50,965 bases of DNA from a virus (IMGVR_UViG_3300048598_000494:1-50965); one strand, 5' to 3'. Shown: positions 18,127 through 29,438, numbered from the stretch's first letter. The notes: generated by a model not told the origin, from the sequence alone. Made by a program: numbers and translations.

Positions 18127-19626
18127 TCAGAACTGGCTGTAGAGCACCGCGTTCGCGGCGATCACGTCGAGCGGGTTGACGCGGTCGAGCGGCGCCAGGA
18201 CGTTGACGCGGTTCGACGCGTCGGCGTCGCGTTCGACACGGATCGCCGCGGCGAAGGCGTCGAGGTCCTCGAGCACGCCGCGCGTCACCAGCGCGCCGTA
18301 GGCGTGCACGAAGGTGGCGCGGATGTCGTTCGGCGTCGAAATCGCGGCATTGCCGCCGGGATTGGTCGAGGCGATCGCCTTCTGCCCGTGCTCGACCGAG
18401 AGCCGGAAGCGGAAGAACTTCAGCGCGTAGACCAGCTGGTAGAGCGCCTGGACGTCGCGGAAGGTCGTGTCGGTCTGGCCGAGCGCGTTCTTCTTGGACA
18501 TCGTCACCGCCTTGTCGACGACGACCACTCCGTTGATGACCGACCAGGTCGAGATCCGCGCCTTGAGGAGCGCGTTACGCGTCGCGTGCGACGGCCACTT
18601 CGACCGCGAGCGCGGGGCCTTGACGTAGACCAGCGCACGACCGGTCTGGTTGCGCGACACGTTGCCGGACGCGCCGTCGTGCAGCCACCCCACCTGCATG
18701 GCGGTGTAGGAGGCCAGCCAACCCCAGGCAGGCGTGGCATCATCGGACGACGCGATGCGGCCGACGCCGGTCACGTGGCGGTCATCGGCCAGCGCCTCGC
18801 CCCACGTGATCAGCGCGGCGGCCGTGTCGGTCTTCACCGTCCAGAGGTGGCCGTAGGACTGGCGCGACCAGGACCAGCGGCCGGAGACGTCGCCGAGCAT
18901 GTCGCGAGCGCGCTGCAGGTTGGTGTCGTCCGAGAAGGGACAGATGATCGTCGTCCACTCGTCGTCGCCGAGCGCGGCGAAGAGCGTCGAGAGATCGGGC
19001 GTGCCGGCGCCGGCGGTCGCGGCGGCGATGGTCAGCGCGGTCGCGAACAGGTTTCCGGTCACCGACGGATCGGCCCAGATGTCGAGATCGGCGAAGATCG
19101 TACCCTTGTGCGCCGCGGTCAGCGTCACGACGTTGGTCGCGGCCGTGGCGGTGACGGGCAGCGTCGCCTTGGTCAGCTCGTCGTAATGAGCGTTGACCGC
19201 GGCGGCGAGGTCGGTGGCGACGGTGGCCGCGGTGGCGCCGGCGGCTATCGCGATCTGCACGCGCTCGCCGGCGATGTCGACGACGCCGATGCCGCCGGCG
19301 GCGGGGATGGTGCCGACCGTCAGCGTCCAGGTCTGGGCCGTGCCGGTGTCCGGCGCCGCGGCGATCCAGATCTCTTCCGCCGGAGCGTTGGCACGGGCCC
19401 GGCGGTACATGTCGCGCAGGATCGACGTCGGACCTGCCAGCGCGTCGACGGCTTCCTGCGACGCGGCGAAGACCGGCGTGTCGGTCGACATGGCGCCGGC
19501 GGACGTCTTGTGACCGACGAGCACGATCCGGGTTTCGGACTCGAACGTGCCGCCCGAGTTGACCTCGAAGGCGAAGATCGGCGCGACGATGCTGCCGGAA
19601 ATCTGGTTGAGGGGGACGGTGGTCAT
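18127..19626 (-). CDS. Contractile tail sheath protein (Mu gpL-like)
   Basis: 499 aa; RWS..RQ.YGH, RN.LL, VERD....NRVNVL.P.D.VN. Confidence 0.93.
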   Translation of the reverse strand: MTTVPLNQISGSIVAPIFAFEVNSGGTFESETRIVLVGHKTSAGAMSTDTPVFAASQEAVDALAGPTSILRDMYRRARANAPAEEIWIAAAPDTGTAQTWTLTVGTIPAAGGIGVVDIAGERVQIAIAAGATAATVATDLAAAVNAHYDELTKATLPVTATAATNVVTLTAAHKGTIFADLDIWADPSVTGNLFATALTIAAATAGAGTPDLSTLFAALGDDEWTTIICPFSDDTNLQRARDMLGDVSGRWSWSRQSYGHLWTVKTDTAAALITWGEALADDRHVTGVGRIASSDDATPAWGWLASYTAMQVGWLHDGASGNVSRNQTGRALVYVKAPRSRSKWPSHATRNALLKARISTWSVINGVVVVDKAVTMSKKNALGQTDTTFRDVQALYQLVYALKFFRFRLSVEHGQKAIASTNPGGNAAISTPNDIRATFVHAYGALVTRGVLEDLDAFAAAIRVERDADASNRVNVLAPLDRVNPLDVIAANAVLYSQF

Positions 19627-19627
19627 G

Positions 19628-19837
19628 TCAGTCCTCGTCGGTCGGTTCGGGGGCGGTCGGTTCGGGGGCGGCAGAGGCGTCGGCGTCGGTGATCTCGACG
19701 ACCGATCCTTCGGCGATCAGGGCGGACCACCACGGGCTCTCGACGTCGACGGGGCGAGGCTCGACGAGCGTCGATGCCGTGCCGGGAATGGGGATGGTCA
19801 GATCCGGACGGGCCGGTCGGACGGTGGCGATCCGCAT
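19628..19837 (-). CDS. DUF2635-like small tail protein
   Basis: 69 aa, V...PWW...I.EGSV; immediately before the sheath gene. Confidence 0.7.
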   Translation of the reverse strand: MRIATVRPARPDLTIPIPGTASTLVEPRPVDVESPWWSALIAEGSVVEITDADASAAPEPTAPEPTDED

Positions 19838-19842
19838 GGGGC

Positions 19843-20580
19843 TCACTCCGTTGGAGGGGTGCCGACGACGCCGCGAACCGGCGCGTCGGCGAGCGTATCT
19901 GGCATCGTCGGTCCGAAGCCGAAGACGATCGTCTCGAGCGGCGTCGGGTCGGACGGGGCTTCCCAGGTCGAGGCGATCGCGGCGAGCACCGCGCCACCGT
20001 AGGAGCCCGGCGGCAGCGCCGCGAAGACGTGCGACGCCGGCGCGGGCAGGCCGCCTTCGACGTCGTCCCAGTCGTCGTCTTCGATCACGACGGTGATGCG
20101 GAGCATCAGGCGCGACAGACGCACGCCGAGTTCCGGGTCGCGATCCCATCGGGTCTCGAACCGTCGATAGCCCCGGACGAAGCGGGGCACGAGCAGGGGC
20201 GACGTCGCCAGGACGCGCCGGATCTGCGTCGCCGCGAGTTCCAGCTTGGCGACGGCGTCGGCATCGGCGGCGCCGATGCCCATTTCGTCGGCGCCGTCGA
20301 CGATCGGGATCTCGAGGTCGATCACCAGCCCGACCTCGATGTATTCGGGGTCGTAACCGTGCTCGTCCGAGGGCGGGTCGGCGCGCGTCTCGTCGACATA
20401 GACGGACCCCAGCACAAAGCCGGGGTCGATCACCGTTCGGCCCCACGGCACCGACCCGCTGTCGAGAACACGCGGACCGAGGAGCGTCGGCCAGTTCGGC
20501 GACGACGCGTCGAAGAGCGGCGTCGGCGCCAGTGCCTCGACGACGGCGAGGCGGAGGGCGGTCGTCGAAAGCGATGCCAT
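19843..20580 (-). CDS. Neck / tail terminator-like protein
   Basis: Position and operonic spacing. Confidence 0.6.
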   Translation of the reverse strand: MASLSTTALRLAVVEALAPTPLFDASSPNWPTLLGPRVLDSGSVPWGRTVIDPGFVLGSVYVDETRADPPSDEHGYDPEYIEVGLVIDLEIPIVDGADEMGIGAADADAVAKLELAATQIRRVLATSPLLVPRFVRGYRRFETRWDRDPELGVRLSRLMLRITVVIEDDDWDDVEGGLPAPASHVFAALPPGSYGGAVLAAIASTWEAPSDPTPLETIVFGFGPTMPDTLADAPVRGVVGTPPTE

Positions 20581-20582
20581 GG

Positions 20583-20972
20583 CTACCTCGCGAGCGTCAG
20601 CGTCACCGTCATGCGCCCGCGGCCGTAGGGCTGTGGACGCGAGACCGAATAGACGAGACCGCTGGCCTTGTTCTCGAGCCGGTCGCCCTGGCGAACGTCG
20701 ACACCGTCGGCGACGACATAGCTGGCGGTGTGGATCGACCCGGCCGACGGCGTCGGCGAGAAGCTCGCGACGCGGCCGGTCGAGAAGGCATCGGCCGGCG
20801 TCTCGCGCTGGATGGCGACGAAGGGGTCGACGATCGCGCGGTCGGGATCCGGCACGGCGGCGGCGTTCGGACCGACCGGGCGGGCCATGGGGCGGAAGAT
20901 CCAGTCTTCCGCGAACGCGGCGTCGACCGACCGCCTCGCACGCGCGAGACGGTCGGCGAAGGTGCCGGCCAT
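20583..20972 (-). CDS. Head-tail joining protein
   Basis: RQGDRL...Y.V..P.P.G.G...V.L; follows the capsid gene. Confidence 0.7.
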   Translation of the reverse strand: MAGTFADRLARARRSVDAAFAEDWIFRPMARPVGPNAAAVPDPDRAIVDPFVAIQRETPADAFSTGRVASFSPTPSAGSIHTASYVVADGVDVRQGDRLENKASGLVYSVSRPQPYGRGRMTVTLTLAR

Positions 20973-20977
20973 GGCCG

Positions 20978-22006
20978 TCAGGCCCGCTTGCCGCGGAGGA
21001 GCATCTCCGGGCGGGTCGGGACGAACAGCGGATAGCTGTAGATCTCGATGCGGTCCCACTCGTCGCGGCCCGACTTGTCTTCCAGGATCAGGCCGTAGTA
21101 CTCGCGACCGCGCTGGTTGACGTAGGGCTTGAACTCCGAAGCCGGCGCCCAGCCGACCTTGAAGGCGCCGCGAGCGCCGACCGGGAAGAATCGGACCTTG
21201 TCCGTGCCGATGGCGATCGTGGAGCCGTCGTCGGTGCCGCGATGATTGATGAAGGTGATGCCTTCGATCTCGATCGCGGAGTAGCCGGGGATGTTCTCGA
21301 GCGCGACGGCCTTCTCGGTGCCGAGCTTCGTCTCCTTGATCTGCTTGTGGTTGACGAGCCAGTCGAAGAAGGCGTCACCGGCGAGAGCGAAGACCCGCGT
21401 GCTCGGCGTCCAGACGCCCTTCGCCGCCTTCTCCATGGAACGCTTGACGTCGCGGCAGATCTTGCGGACGTCGGTGTCGGGCTCGTCGAGCGCGAAGTCG
21501 ATCTCGGCGGGCTCGGTGATACCCCACTCCTGGAACCAGTCGTAGAGCACGGTCGAGCCGTCGGCGTCGATGACGCGGCCCTGGATCGCGCCGAACCGCA
21601 TGTGCTCCCAGGTCAGCTCGAGATCGTCGATGATCTGGGCGGTGCGATCGGTGACCTCCTGGGCGACGTCCTTGGTCTGCTGATCGAAGGGCAGCGCGAG
21701 AACGCCCGCCATCTCGATGGCATAGACGGTCGAGCCCTTGGCGAGCCGGACCGCGTCGAACTTGCGGATCTTGGAACCCTGGGGGATCAGCTCCTCGGGC
21801 GGAGCACCGTTCTCGGACGTCGGGATGAGGGCCATGGTGCGGTCGCGGCTGGCGACGGCGATGGTGCGGGAGCGCGAATAGATCGGCTCGAACAGGTTGA
21901 GCATGCCGAGCAGCTGCGGCTTGTGGTCGACCTTCTCGACCACTTCCTCGTTGAACTCGATCGCACCCCAGGCGTTCTGGGAGAAGATGTCGGTGATGAG
22001 GGCCAT
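20978..22006 (-). CDS. Major capsid protein (lambda gpE family)
   Basis: T.EHMR.GAI.G.V.DADG, SYPL..PTRP. Confidence 0.93.
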   Translation of the reverse strand: MALITDIFSQNAWGAIEFNEEVVEKVDHKPQLLGMLNLFEPIYSRSRTIAVASRDRTMALIPTSENGAPPEELIPQGSKIRKFDAVRLAKGSTVYAIEMAGVLALPFDQQTKDVAQEVTDRTAQIIDDLELTWEHMRFGAIQGRVIDADGSTVLYDWFQEWGITEPAEIDFALDEPDTDVRKICRDVKRSMEKAAKGVWTPSTRVFALAGDAFFDWLVNHKQIKETKLGTEKAVALENIPGYSAIEIEGITFINHRGTDDGSTIAIGTDKVRFFPVGARGAFKVGWAPASEFKPYVNQRGREYYGLILEDKSGRDEWDRIEIYSYPLFVPTRPEMLLRGKRA

Positions 22007-22021
22007 GGGACGAAATCTCCT

Positions 22022-22681
22022 TCAGCGGCCGATGATGCCGAGGGTCGCCAGGGAGGCGAGCGCGGCGGTCTTCTGATCGGTCGTGACGCCCGACGCCCAC
22101 GCCAGCTCGGCCGTGTGAACCTCGGAATCCCGAACCGTGGCGGTGCGTCGACGATCGGCGGAGGTCGCGTCGACGCCTTCGTAGAGGATGGCCGACGCCG
22201 CGCGGCTGCCGTCGAACGGCACGTACTTGCCGGCGGTCGCCGGGTCGGCCTTGGCGACCGTGACCGGGAACCAGCTGCCGGCGGCGAAGTCGGTCGAACC
22301 GTCCGCGATCGTGAACTTGATGTCGCCGGTGAACGCGACGCCGACGACGGCGCGGCCGACGACGACGCCATCGGGATCCTCGACGACGAAGGTGCCGCCG
22401 TCGGTCGCCGGCTCGACGCACAGGACCTTGTAGACGCCGGCCTTGACGCCCGCGCCGACGGACGGATCGGCGAGCGTCAGCGCGCCGTTGCCGGTGCCGA
22501 CGAGGGCGCCGACCGAGGCCGTGGCGGTGCCGCTGGCGGGCGCGACGCGGGACAGCACGGCGCCCGCCTTCAGAACGCCCGAGCCCGAAGCGACGGTGAT
22601 CTGATCGCGCGAGCGATTGCCCGAGGCCTCGGAGACGAGATAGCCCGCGGTGCGGGCGAGGTCTTCGGAAAGAACGGTCAT
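22022..22681 (-). CDS. Head decoration protein (gpD/HDPD-like) with internal insertion
   Basis: SEA.G.RSR..I, C-terminal L..LGII.R. Confidence 0.85.
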   Translation of the reverse strand: MTVLSEDLARTAGYLVSEASGNRSRDQITVASGSGVLKAGAVLSRVAPASGTATASVGALVGTGNGALTLADPSVGAGVKAGVYKVLCVEPATDGGTFVVEDPDGVVVGRAVVGVAFTGDIKFTIADGSTDFAAGSWFPVTVAKADPATAGKYVPFDGSRAASAILYEGVDATSADRRRTATVRDSEVHTAELAWASGVTTDQKTAALASLATLGIIGR

Positions 22682-22691
22682 GTCGGCCTCC

Positions 22692-23753
<1,062 letters not shown>

Positions 23754-23766
23754 GGTGCCCTCTCGA

Positions 23767-24000
23767 TCAGCAGAAACGGATGCCGCGCGCGAAGCGGCGG
23801 CGCGGGGCCGGGCGCCCGGAGGCGATCGCGCAATCGCGCTCGGTGGAGGCGATCAGGCGATCGAGGGCGGCGAGGTCGGCCTTGAAGTAGCGAACCTCCT
23901 CGTCGCCGAAGCGGACCGACTGTTCGGCCTGACCGGAGACGATCGCGGTGCGCAGATCCTTGAGCCGCGCGAGCTCGGTGCAGGGATCGGTCTCAGCCAT
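23767..24000 (-). CDS. gpW-like head completion protein
   Basis: G....V.F....V.Y..ADL..L...I motif. Confidence 0.75.
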   Translation of the reverse strand: MAETDPCTELARLKDLRTAIVSGQAEQSVRFGDEEVRYFKADLAALDRLIASTERDCAIASGRPAPRRRFARGIRFC

Positions 24001-25609
24001 TCGCCCCTCCGGTCGCTTGTCGGTCGGTGGCGAGCGGATCGCCGCCGCCGCCCTGCGTCCGCAGGAACGGATTCGGCAGACCCGCGTTCGTCACCATCAC
24101 GAGTTCGCGACGGCGCTGCTCGATCACCTCGCGGTAGTCGAGACCGCCCTCGGCGCACTCCATCTCGAGCGTCGACGTCCCGGCCTGCAGGCGCTCGGTC
24201 GATGCCCGCGCCGACTTCTGATCGTCGGCGGTGGGCTTGGCCGGGCCATGCCATTCGGCCCAGGTCGCCCGGGCACGGTTGGCGGCGAAGGCACGGTGGC
24301 CGCCCTTGAACGGGATGCGGCCGGTGGCGACCTTCTCGTCGAGCCAGGACTCGTAGACCGCCTGATAGATCGGCGCGGCGATGCGGCGGCGGCGACGCAG
24401 CACCACCGGCCAGATCGACGCCGTTTCCATCCGAACGGACGAATAGGTCGCGTCCGACTGGTCCATCGCCAGCGACGAGTAGGTGACGCCGATGGCACGG
24501 GCGAGTTCGCGGCGCAGGTCCGCCGAGAACGGCAGGTAGTTCGACCCGGGCGTCTCGGCCGTGTGGATCTCCATCTTCTCGCCGGGGGCAAGGTGCGAGA
24601 CCTGCGGATCACCGTTGAGGGCGATGCCGCCGGACTTGGCGGCGTCGAGACGCGAACCGAGATAGCCGAGGAATTCGGTTTTCAGGTCCTTGTCGACGTC
24701 CTCGAGGCGCTCGATCGCGTCGAACGCCTCGGCGCTCGGCTCCGGCGAGGTCAAGGTGACCGCCAGGACCGTCTGCAGGATCGCCGTCGAAAGCGTCGCG
24801 TCGCCGAGCGTCTCGGCCATCGTCTGGGTGCGCAGCGCCGAGGCGAGCACCGACATGCCGCGGACGTCGGCGCCGTCCCACGGCTCGAAGACGTGGGCGA
24901 CCAGCGTCCGGTTCTCGGCGTCTCGCGCCGGGCGGTCCTGCGTCTGCTCGATGCCGTTGGCGCGCACCCGAAAGCGATAGGCCGTCGGGCGTCCGTTGAC
25001 GTCGTGGAAGACGCCGGAATGGAGCCCCCGGCTCTCGTCGGTGTCGCGCACCAGCCGGTGCGGCGAAACCATCAGGAGCTTGGTTCCGGTCTCGATGCCG
25101 TAGGACCGGCAGGTCGCCGGATCGAAGAAGTCGACGACGCCGATCGCCTCGCCGAAGGCCATGTTGTGCCGCAGCGCGACGTCGGCCTGCGTGTGCAGGT
25201 CGAACTTGCCGCGGAAGTCGCATTCGTCGGGGTTCTCGGCGAAGCGCTTCCACTCGGCCTCGACCAGCCGCACCCAGTCGGCGATTTCCTGTTCGCTCCA
25301 ACCGAGACCGGCGAGATCGGGACGCGCCGAGAGCTTGAGGCCGGTGCCGATCGTGTCGGCGCAGACCTGATCGGCGGCGCCCTTGAGGCGGCCGGAGTTC
25401 TGAATGAGATCGAGCGCCACCGAGGCGAGGCGATCCCACGACCGGCGGACGTCGTCGCGATTGTCGACGAGCGGCCGACGGCGCGCCGACAGGATACCCG
25501 ACGGCGTGTCGCGGCCCCACTGGGCGCGCGCCCGCGGGGCAGCCGTCGGCGCCGGCGCACGAGCACCGGCGCCGCGACCGAAAGGGGCGCGGGGCTTGTC
25601 GATGATCAT
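23993..25609 (-). CDS. Portal protein (lambda family)
   Basis: IGTGL, VRG.S.LA, L.PGE, YSSVRM; ATGA-coupled to terL. Confidence 0.93.
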   Translation of the reverse strand: MIIDKPRAPFGRGAGARAPAPTAAPRARAQWGRDTPSGILSARRRPLVDNRDDVRRSWDRLASVALDLIQNSGRLKGAADQVCADTIGTGLKLSARPDLAGLGWSEQEIADWVRLVEAEWKRFAENPDECDFRGKFDLHTQADVALRHNMAFGEAIGVVDFFDPATCRSYGIETGTKLLMVSPHRLVRDTDESRGLHSGVFHDVNGRPTAYRFRVRANGIEQTQDRPARDAENRTLVAHVFEPWDGADVRGMSVLASALRTQTMAETLGDATLSTAILQTVLAVTLTSPEPSAEAFDAIERLEDVDKDLKTEFLGYLGSRLDAAKSGGIALNGDPQVSHLAPGEKMEIHTAETPGSNYLPFSADLRRELARAIGVTYSSLAMDQSDATYSSVRMETASIWPVVLRRRRRIAAPIYQAVYESWLDEKVATGRIPFKGGHRAFAANRARATWAEWHGPAKPTADDQKSARASTERLQAGTSTLEMECAEGGLDYREVIEQRRRELVMVTNAGLPNPFLRTQGGGGDPLATDRQATGGANG

Positions 25610-27705
25610 CGTCTGCGGCTCCAGGACTTGCGGGATTCGGCGACGGACGAGGGCGAGGCAGACGGGGGCTGCCGCTTGGCGAACGGCCCCTCGTCGGCGA
25701 TGGCGAACAGGTCGGGCTCGACCGGCACGCCGTGCACGGACACCAACAGGGCCGCCCATTTCTCCGCGTCGAGTTTGCGACGGTTGACCAACAACCAGGC
25801 CAGCGCCTGGGCGTAGACCGCCGTGTCGAACCAGTCGTTCTTGCGACCGGGGTACTTGCGCCAGACCCGGCCGGAGCGAGACTTGATCATCCGCCGTCCG
25901 CGCTTGGCGGATGCGGCGGCTTCTTCGTCAGGGTCGACGAGGCGTTCCGCCGTCATCTCCTGGGCGAAGTCGTCGTCGCAGAGATCGTTGGACAGATGCA
26001 GGGTGTTGCGCGGCCAGACACCGTCGTTGGCCGGGCCGAGAACGAGGTTGGCGAGACCAGCGACGACCTTCGATTTCAGATCATCGATGCCGACGGGGTA
26101 CAGCATGACACGCGCCAGCACCGGACCTTTCGGCTGAAACCGAACGTCCTGCTTCTTGGCCGTGCCGATCGGTGGTTTGCCGAAACCGTCGCGGCCGTCG
26201 AGCGCCAGAATGTTCGGGCGCGAAGCACAGAAGGCGTAGACCCGCATCGTCAGATAGCCGGTGTCGATGCCGGACAGATCGATGCCCTTCTCCACCCCGC
26301 CCGCCGTCACGTAGGTTCGCCCGAGTGCGTCGGCGAGCGCGATCCACGGCTCGTCGCTCTGGTCGGGAGACCCTTCGAAGATCTCGCGGTCGATGAGCCA
26401 ATACTGGTCGCGTGGACCGACGGCCCAAACCGACCACTTGATGCCGTATCCCTGCACGTCGGCCGCCGACACGACGAGGCCGGCCTCTGCCGGGATGGTG
26501 CCGCGCGGCATCGGATAGGCGCGGGCCGCCTCGACGATCTTCTCCGGCGCCATCTGAATGCCACCGGGATCGTAAGGCTCGGCGAGATCCTGCTGGAAGA
26601 ACGTCCGCAGTTTGGTGACTTCGCCTTCGGCGGCGATCCAGCGATCCCATATGTCGGCCCAGCGCTCGCGCGGGGCGTAGGCGGCCCAGAGGTGATAGGA
26701 CGGCTGCCAGGCGCGGCACCGACCTTCGCAAGGATCGCAACGCCATACGGCGAGTTCGGCCGCCGCCATGGACTTCGGAACGGGTGCCTCGCCGTCCTCG
26801 ACGCGCGTCGCGATCCACACCGCGGCAGCGAGCATGTCGGGCTTGTGCCCGTCGACGATCACGCCGTCGCAGGCGATGCAGCGGAAATGCGTCGGAAGGT
26901 CCGTTTCCGGGCCGCGCATCTGATCGAAGGTCAGCGGCTGCCATGCCTCGCAGTGCGGACAGGGCACGTAGAGCATCCGCCGGTCGCCGGCTTCATAGTC
27001 GGCGGTGACGGCACATTCGCCGACGAGACCGGGCGTCGACCCTTCCCATTCCTTGGCGAGATCGCCGTACATCTTCTGGCGAGCGCGGGCCTGATCGCGA
27101 GGACTGCCACGACCATCGACGTCGCGCGGGTAGCCGGTGACCTCGTCCATGGCGAGGTACTTGATCGACACCATCTGCAGGCCCTTGGAGGAGCCCGCAT
27201 TGACGATCTGGCAAAAACCGCCGGCGAAGCGCTTGAAGGCCGTGGTCGAAGCCTGTTCGTCGCGGCTGTTGACGGGAACGACCTTGTGGTTGATCCGCGG
27301 CGAGGCATCGATCGTCGGACCGAGCTTGACGCGGTTGAACTTGATTGCCTCCTCGAGGGTCGGGAGCACGATCATCATCGAGCCGGGGGCCTGATCGACG
27401 ATGTAACAGAACCAGTTCTCGATGGCCGTCGACTTGCCGAGCTGCGCCGCCCACCGCGCCGTCACGCGCCGCGCCGGATGATCCGGGTGCAGGCAGTCCT
27501 GCGGCTCGCGCAGATACGGCACCCGCGACGTCCGGAACGGACCAGGCCAGGGCGACCCGGATTCGGCCGAGACCACACGGTGGAGGTCGGCCCATTCCGA
27601 GATCGTCAGGTTCTCGATCGGCTTCGAAGCGGCGGCGAGGCCGGCGAACAGCACGAGCCGCCCGCTCGGGAGTTCGGGGAACCCCTCTCGAATGGTGCAG
27701 TCCAT
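25606..27705 (-). CDS. Terminase large subunit (GpA family)
   Basis: AQLGKS Walker A, MDEV Walker B, STP, CPHC, DVQ. Confidence 0.95.
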   Translation of the reverse strand: MDCTIREGFPELPSGRLVLFAGLAAASKPIENLTISEWADLHRVVSAESGSPWPGPFRTSRVPYLREPQDCLHPDHPARRVTARWAAQLGKSTAIENWFCYIVDQAPGSMMIVLPTLEEAIKFNRVKLGPTIDASPRINHKVVPVNSRDEQASTTAFKRFAGGFCQIVNAGSSKGLQMVSIKYLAMDEVTGYPRDVDGRGSPRDQARARQKMYGDLAKEWEGSTPGLVGECAVTADYEAGDRRMLYVPCPHCEAWQPLTFDQMRGPETDLPTHFRCIACDGVIVDGHKPDMLAAAVWIATRVEDGEAPVPKSMAAAELAVWRCDPCEGRCRAWQPSYHLWAAYAPRERWADIWDRWIAAEGEVTKLRTFFQQDLAEPYDPGGIQMAPEKIVEAARAYPMPRGTIPAEAGLVVSAADVQGYGIKWSVWAVGPRDQYWLIDREIFEGSPDQSDEPWIALADALGRTYVTAGGVEKGIDLSGIDTGYLTMRVYAFCASRPNILALDGRDGFGKPPIGTAKKQDVRFQPKGPVLARVMLYPVGIDDLKSKVVAGLANLVLGPANDGVWPRNTLHLSNDLCDDDFAQEMTAERLVDPDEEAAASAKRGRRMIKSRSGRVWRKYPGRKNDWFDTAVYAQALAWLLVNRRKLDAEKWAALLVSVHGVPVEPDLFAIADEGPFAKRQPPSASPSSVAESRKSWSRRR

Positions 27706-27723
27706 GGCGCGGGCTCCGGCTCG

Positions 27724-28317
27724 TCACGCGCCGGGCGCTTTCTCCGGCCGCTGGCGCATCGCGTCGAGTTCCTTCATCACCTCGCGGTGGAAGACGTCGA
27801 TGCCGACGCGGGCGAATTCCTTCAGTGCGAGCCGTGCCACCCTGGCGTCCCACCCGTACCGAAGATTGAGCCGGTCGGCTTCACCCTCGACGGCGCGCTC
27901 CATCGCGGCGCGCATCAGGGCGATGGCATCGCGGCCGGCACGGTCGACCTCGGAAACCGGCGTCACCTGTTTGAGGCGCTCGGCGAGGTCGAGCTCGGCG
28001 TCTCTGGCTTGCGCCATCCTGAGGCGCCCCGTCGCATCGATCTCCGATCCCGCAAACCGCGGCGACGTCTTTCGTTGAGACGAAGCCGAGGCCTCGGCAA
28101 CCGAAGAGGCGACGGCATCGAGCGTCGGCGTCGAGATCCGGATGTTTTCGCGGCGGTGCGCGACGAGGTCTTCGAAGTCCACCAGCCGCTCGCGACCGGC
28201 CACCGAAAGCGGCAGCGTCGCGGCGTGTTGTTTCAGGTAGCGAGACAGCGTCGTCCGGTCGACCTTGTCGCCGAGCGCCGTGAGACGGGCCGCCGCATCG
28301 GAAATCGAAACGAGCAT
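27724..28317 (-). CDS. Terminase small subunit (Nu1-like)
   Basis: N-terminal HTH, coiled coil, directly upstream of terL. Confidence 0.75.
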   Translation of the reverse strand: MLVSISDAAARLTALGDKVDRTTLSRYLKQHAATLPLSVAGRERLVDFEDLVAHRRENIRISTPTLDAVASSVAEASASSQRKTSPRFAGSEIDATGRLRMAQARDAELDLAERLKQVTPVSEVDRAGRDAIALMRAAMERAVEGEADRLNLRYGWDARVARLALKEFARVGIDVFHREVMKELDAMRQRPEKAPGA

Positions 28318-28324
28318 CGTCGAG

Positions 28325-28460
28325 ACCCGTGCGTGCTGACGCGTGCAAGCGTGCGACGCGTGTACCGGATGAAAACCGCCCCACTGACAGTTATCAACGG
28401 CTGCGGCCACCCGCATGTGTGTCGGAAGGGGGTACGGTCCCTAGACCGGGGGGGGTGTGA
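28325..28460. other. Putative cos / packaging initiation region
   Basis: Non-coding gap upstream of terS with five CGTG repeats and a G8 run. Confidence 0.5.
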
Positions 28461-28471
28461 AACGCTATGTT

Positions 28472-29125
28472 TCACAGGCCTCGCAGGACCAGATCGAGTT
28501 GCCGCTCGACCTCCGGAAGCAGCCGCCTCTCAGCCTCGGATGAGATCAGGGATTGGAACTCGTCCGCATGCATCCGAATGTGCTGTGCCGGGTTGGGACC
28601 CCACAGCGCCTTTACCGGAAACCTCGGCTTGCCGACCCGGGCATAAGCCCGAAGTCCAGCGCCCTTGTTGTAGATCGACGCAAGAAACGCATGCTTGTGG
28701 GTTCCCCACCCACGCACCCAAACGCCGACCTTTGTTTGCTTGGCTGACCCGAGATCCGTAAGTCGGATCCACTTCGACCTGACGACGATCTTCACTTCCG
28801 AAGAGGTCGACGATGACGTCATTTTCGATCTGACGTCCTTTTGGCGAAGCGACGTTTCGGCAGCAACCTTTTTGACGACCTTCGACTCGGCGGTGCGTCG
28901 GAATGTGGCGAGTGACCTGGTCAACACGCGATCGCGTATCTGATCTGGAACCTTTTCCAAGATCTTTGCGACCCGGGAAAAGTCAGATCCGTCAATGTTG
29001 ACGCCGACGTACCTGACGTCGGTGTGTCCTTCACGCTCGACGGAATGCGTCCATCGGCCCGTGTGTCGGCTCGTGTTGGTCCAGTACTGACCTGCGCCGA
29101 CCCCGACGATGCGGCTTTTCGTCAT
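28472..29125 (-). CDS. Lambda gpZ-like (Minor_tail_Z) basic protein
   Basis: Basic protein with HAF, R.GK.RFPV..LWGP motifs. Confidence 0.65.
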   Translation of the reverse strand: MTKSRIVGVGAGQYWTNTSRHTGRWTHSVEREGHTDVRYVGVNIDGSDFSRVAKILEKVPDQIRDRVLTRSLATFRRTAESKVVKKVAAETSLRQKDVRSKMTSSSTSSEVKIVVRSKWIRLTDLGSAKQTKVGVWVRGWGTHKHAFLASIYNKGAGLRAYARVGKPRFPVKALWGPNPAQHIRMHADEFQSLISSEAERRLLPEVERQLDLVLRGL

Positions 29126-29295
29126 GGCCGACTCCGCGAGATCGAGCCCACGATCTTCCGAAACGCCGCCGCGAGATCCTCGCCCGACGTCTTGACGACG
29201 AAGCGAGCGGCGGGCGCCAGGCGCGAGACGTCACCGCGAAGAACCGACCGGCCGGCGCCGACGATGGCGGCCCGGCGTTCTGCACACCTGCACAT
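29122..29295 (-). CDS. Small hypothetical protein (first late gene)
   Basis: GGAGG RBS, MCRCAERR start, ATGA-coupled to the next gene. Confidence 0.55.
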   Translation of the reverse strand: MCRCAERRAAIVGAGRSVLRGDVSRLAPAARFVVKTSGEDLAAAFRKIVGSISRSRP

Positions 29296-29314
29296 GGCCA
29301 CCCTCCCGGCAACG

Positions 29315-29345
29315 AAAAGCCCCGGCCGCTTTCGCTCCGGGGCTT
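29315..29345 (-). terminator. Intrinsic terminator at the head of the late operon (tR'-like)
   Basis: AAGCCCCGG...CCGGGGCTT hairpin then TTTT; TTGACT about 50 nt upstream (29402-29397). Confidence 0.65.
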
Positions 29346-29438
29346 CCAAACGCACCTCTTCCGAGGTTGACCATTGCTCTCACCACACCCGCCGCAAGTC
29401 AAGCGGTCCGCCGATTTTTTTCACAGGCCGGCGCGACC

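Noticed and set aside
10396-19626. Mu-like transposable phage, tailocin or gene transfer agent
   Set aside because: No DDE transposase; a tyrosine integrase and full head, replication and immunity modules are present
28389-28397. DnaA box-like TTATCAACG near the putative cos
   Set aside because: Two mismatches and a single copy; compatible with chance
25732-28761. 1009-aa plus-strand ORF and similar long ORFs (15189-17501, 20579-22948, 33314-35929, 41276-42943)
   Set aside because: Antisense or off-frame shadows of real genes, expected at this GC content; no motifs
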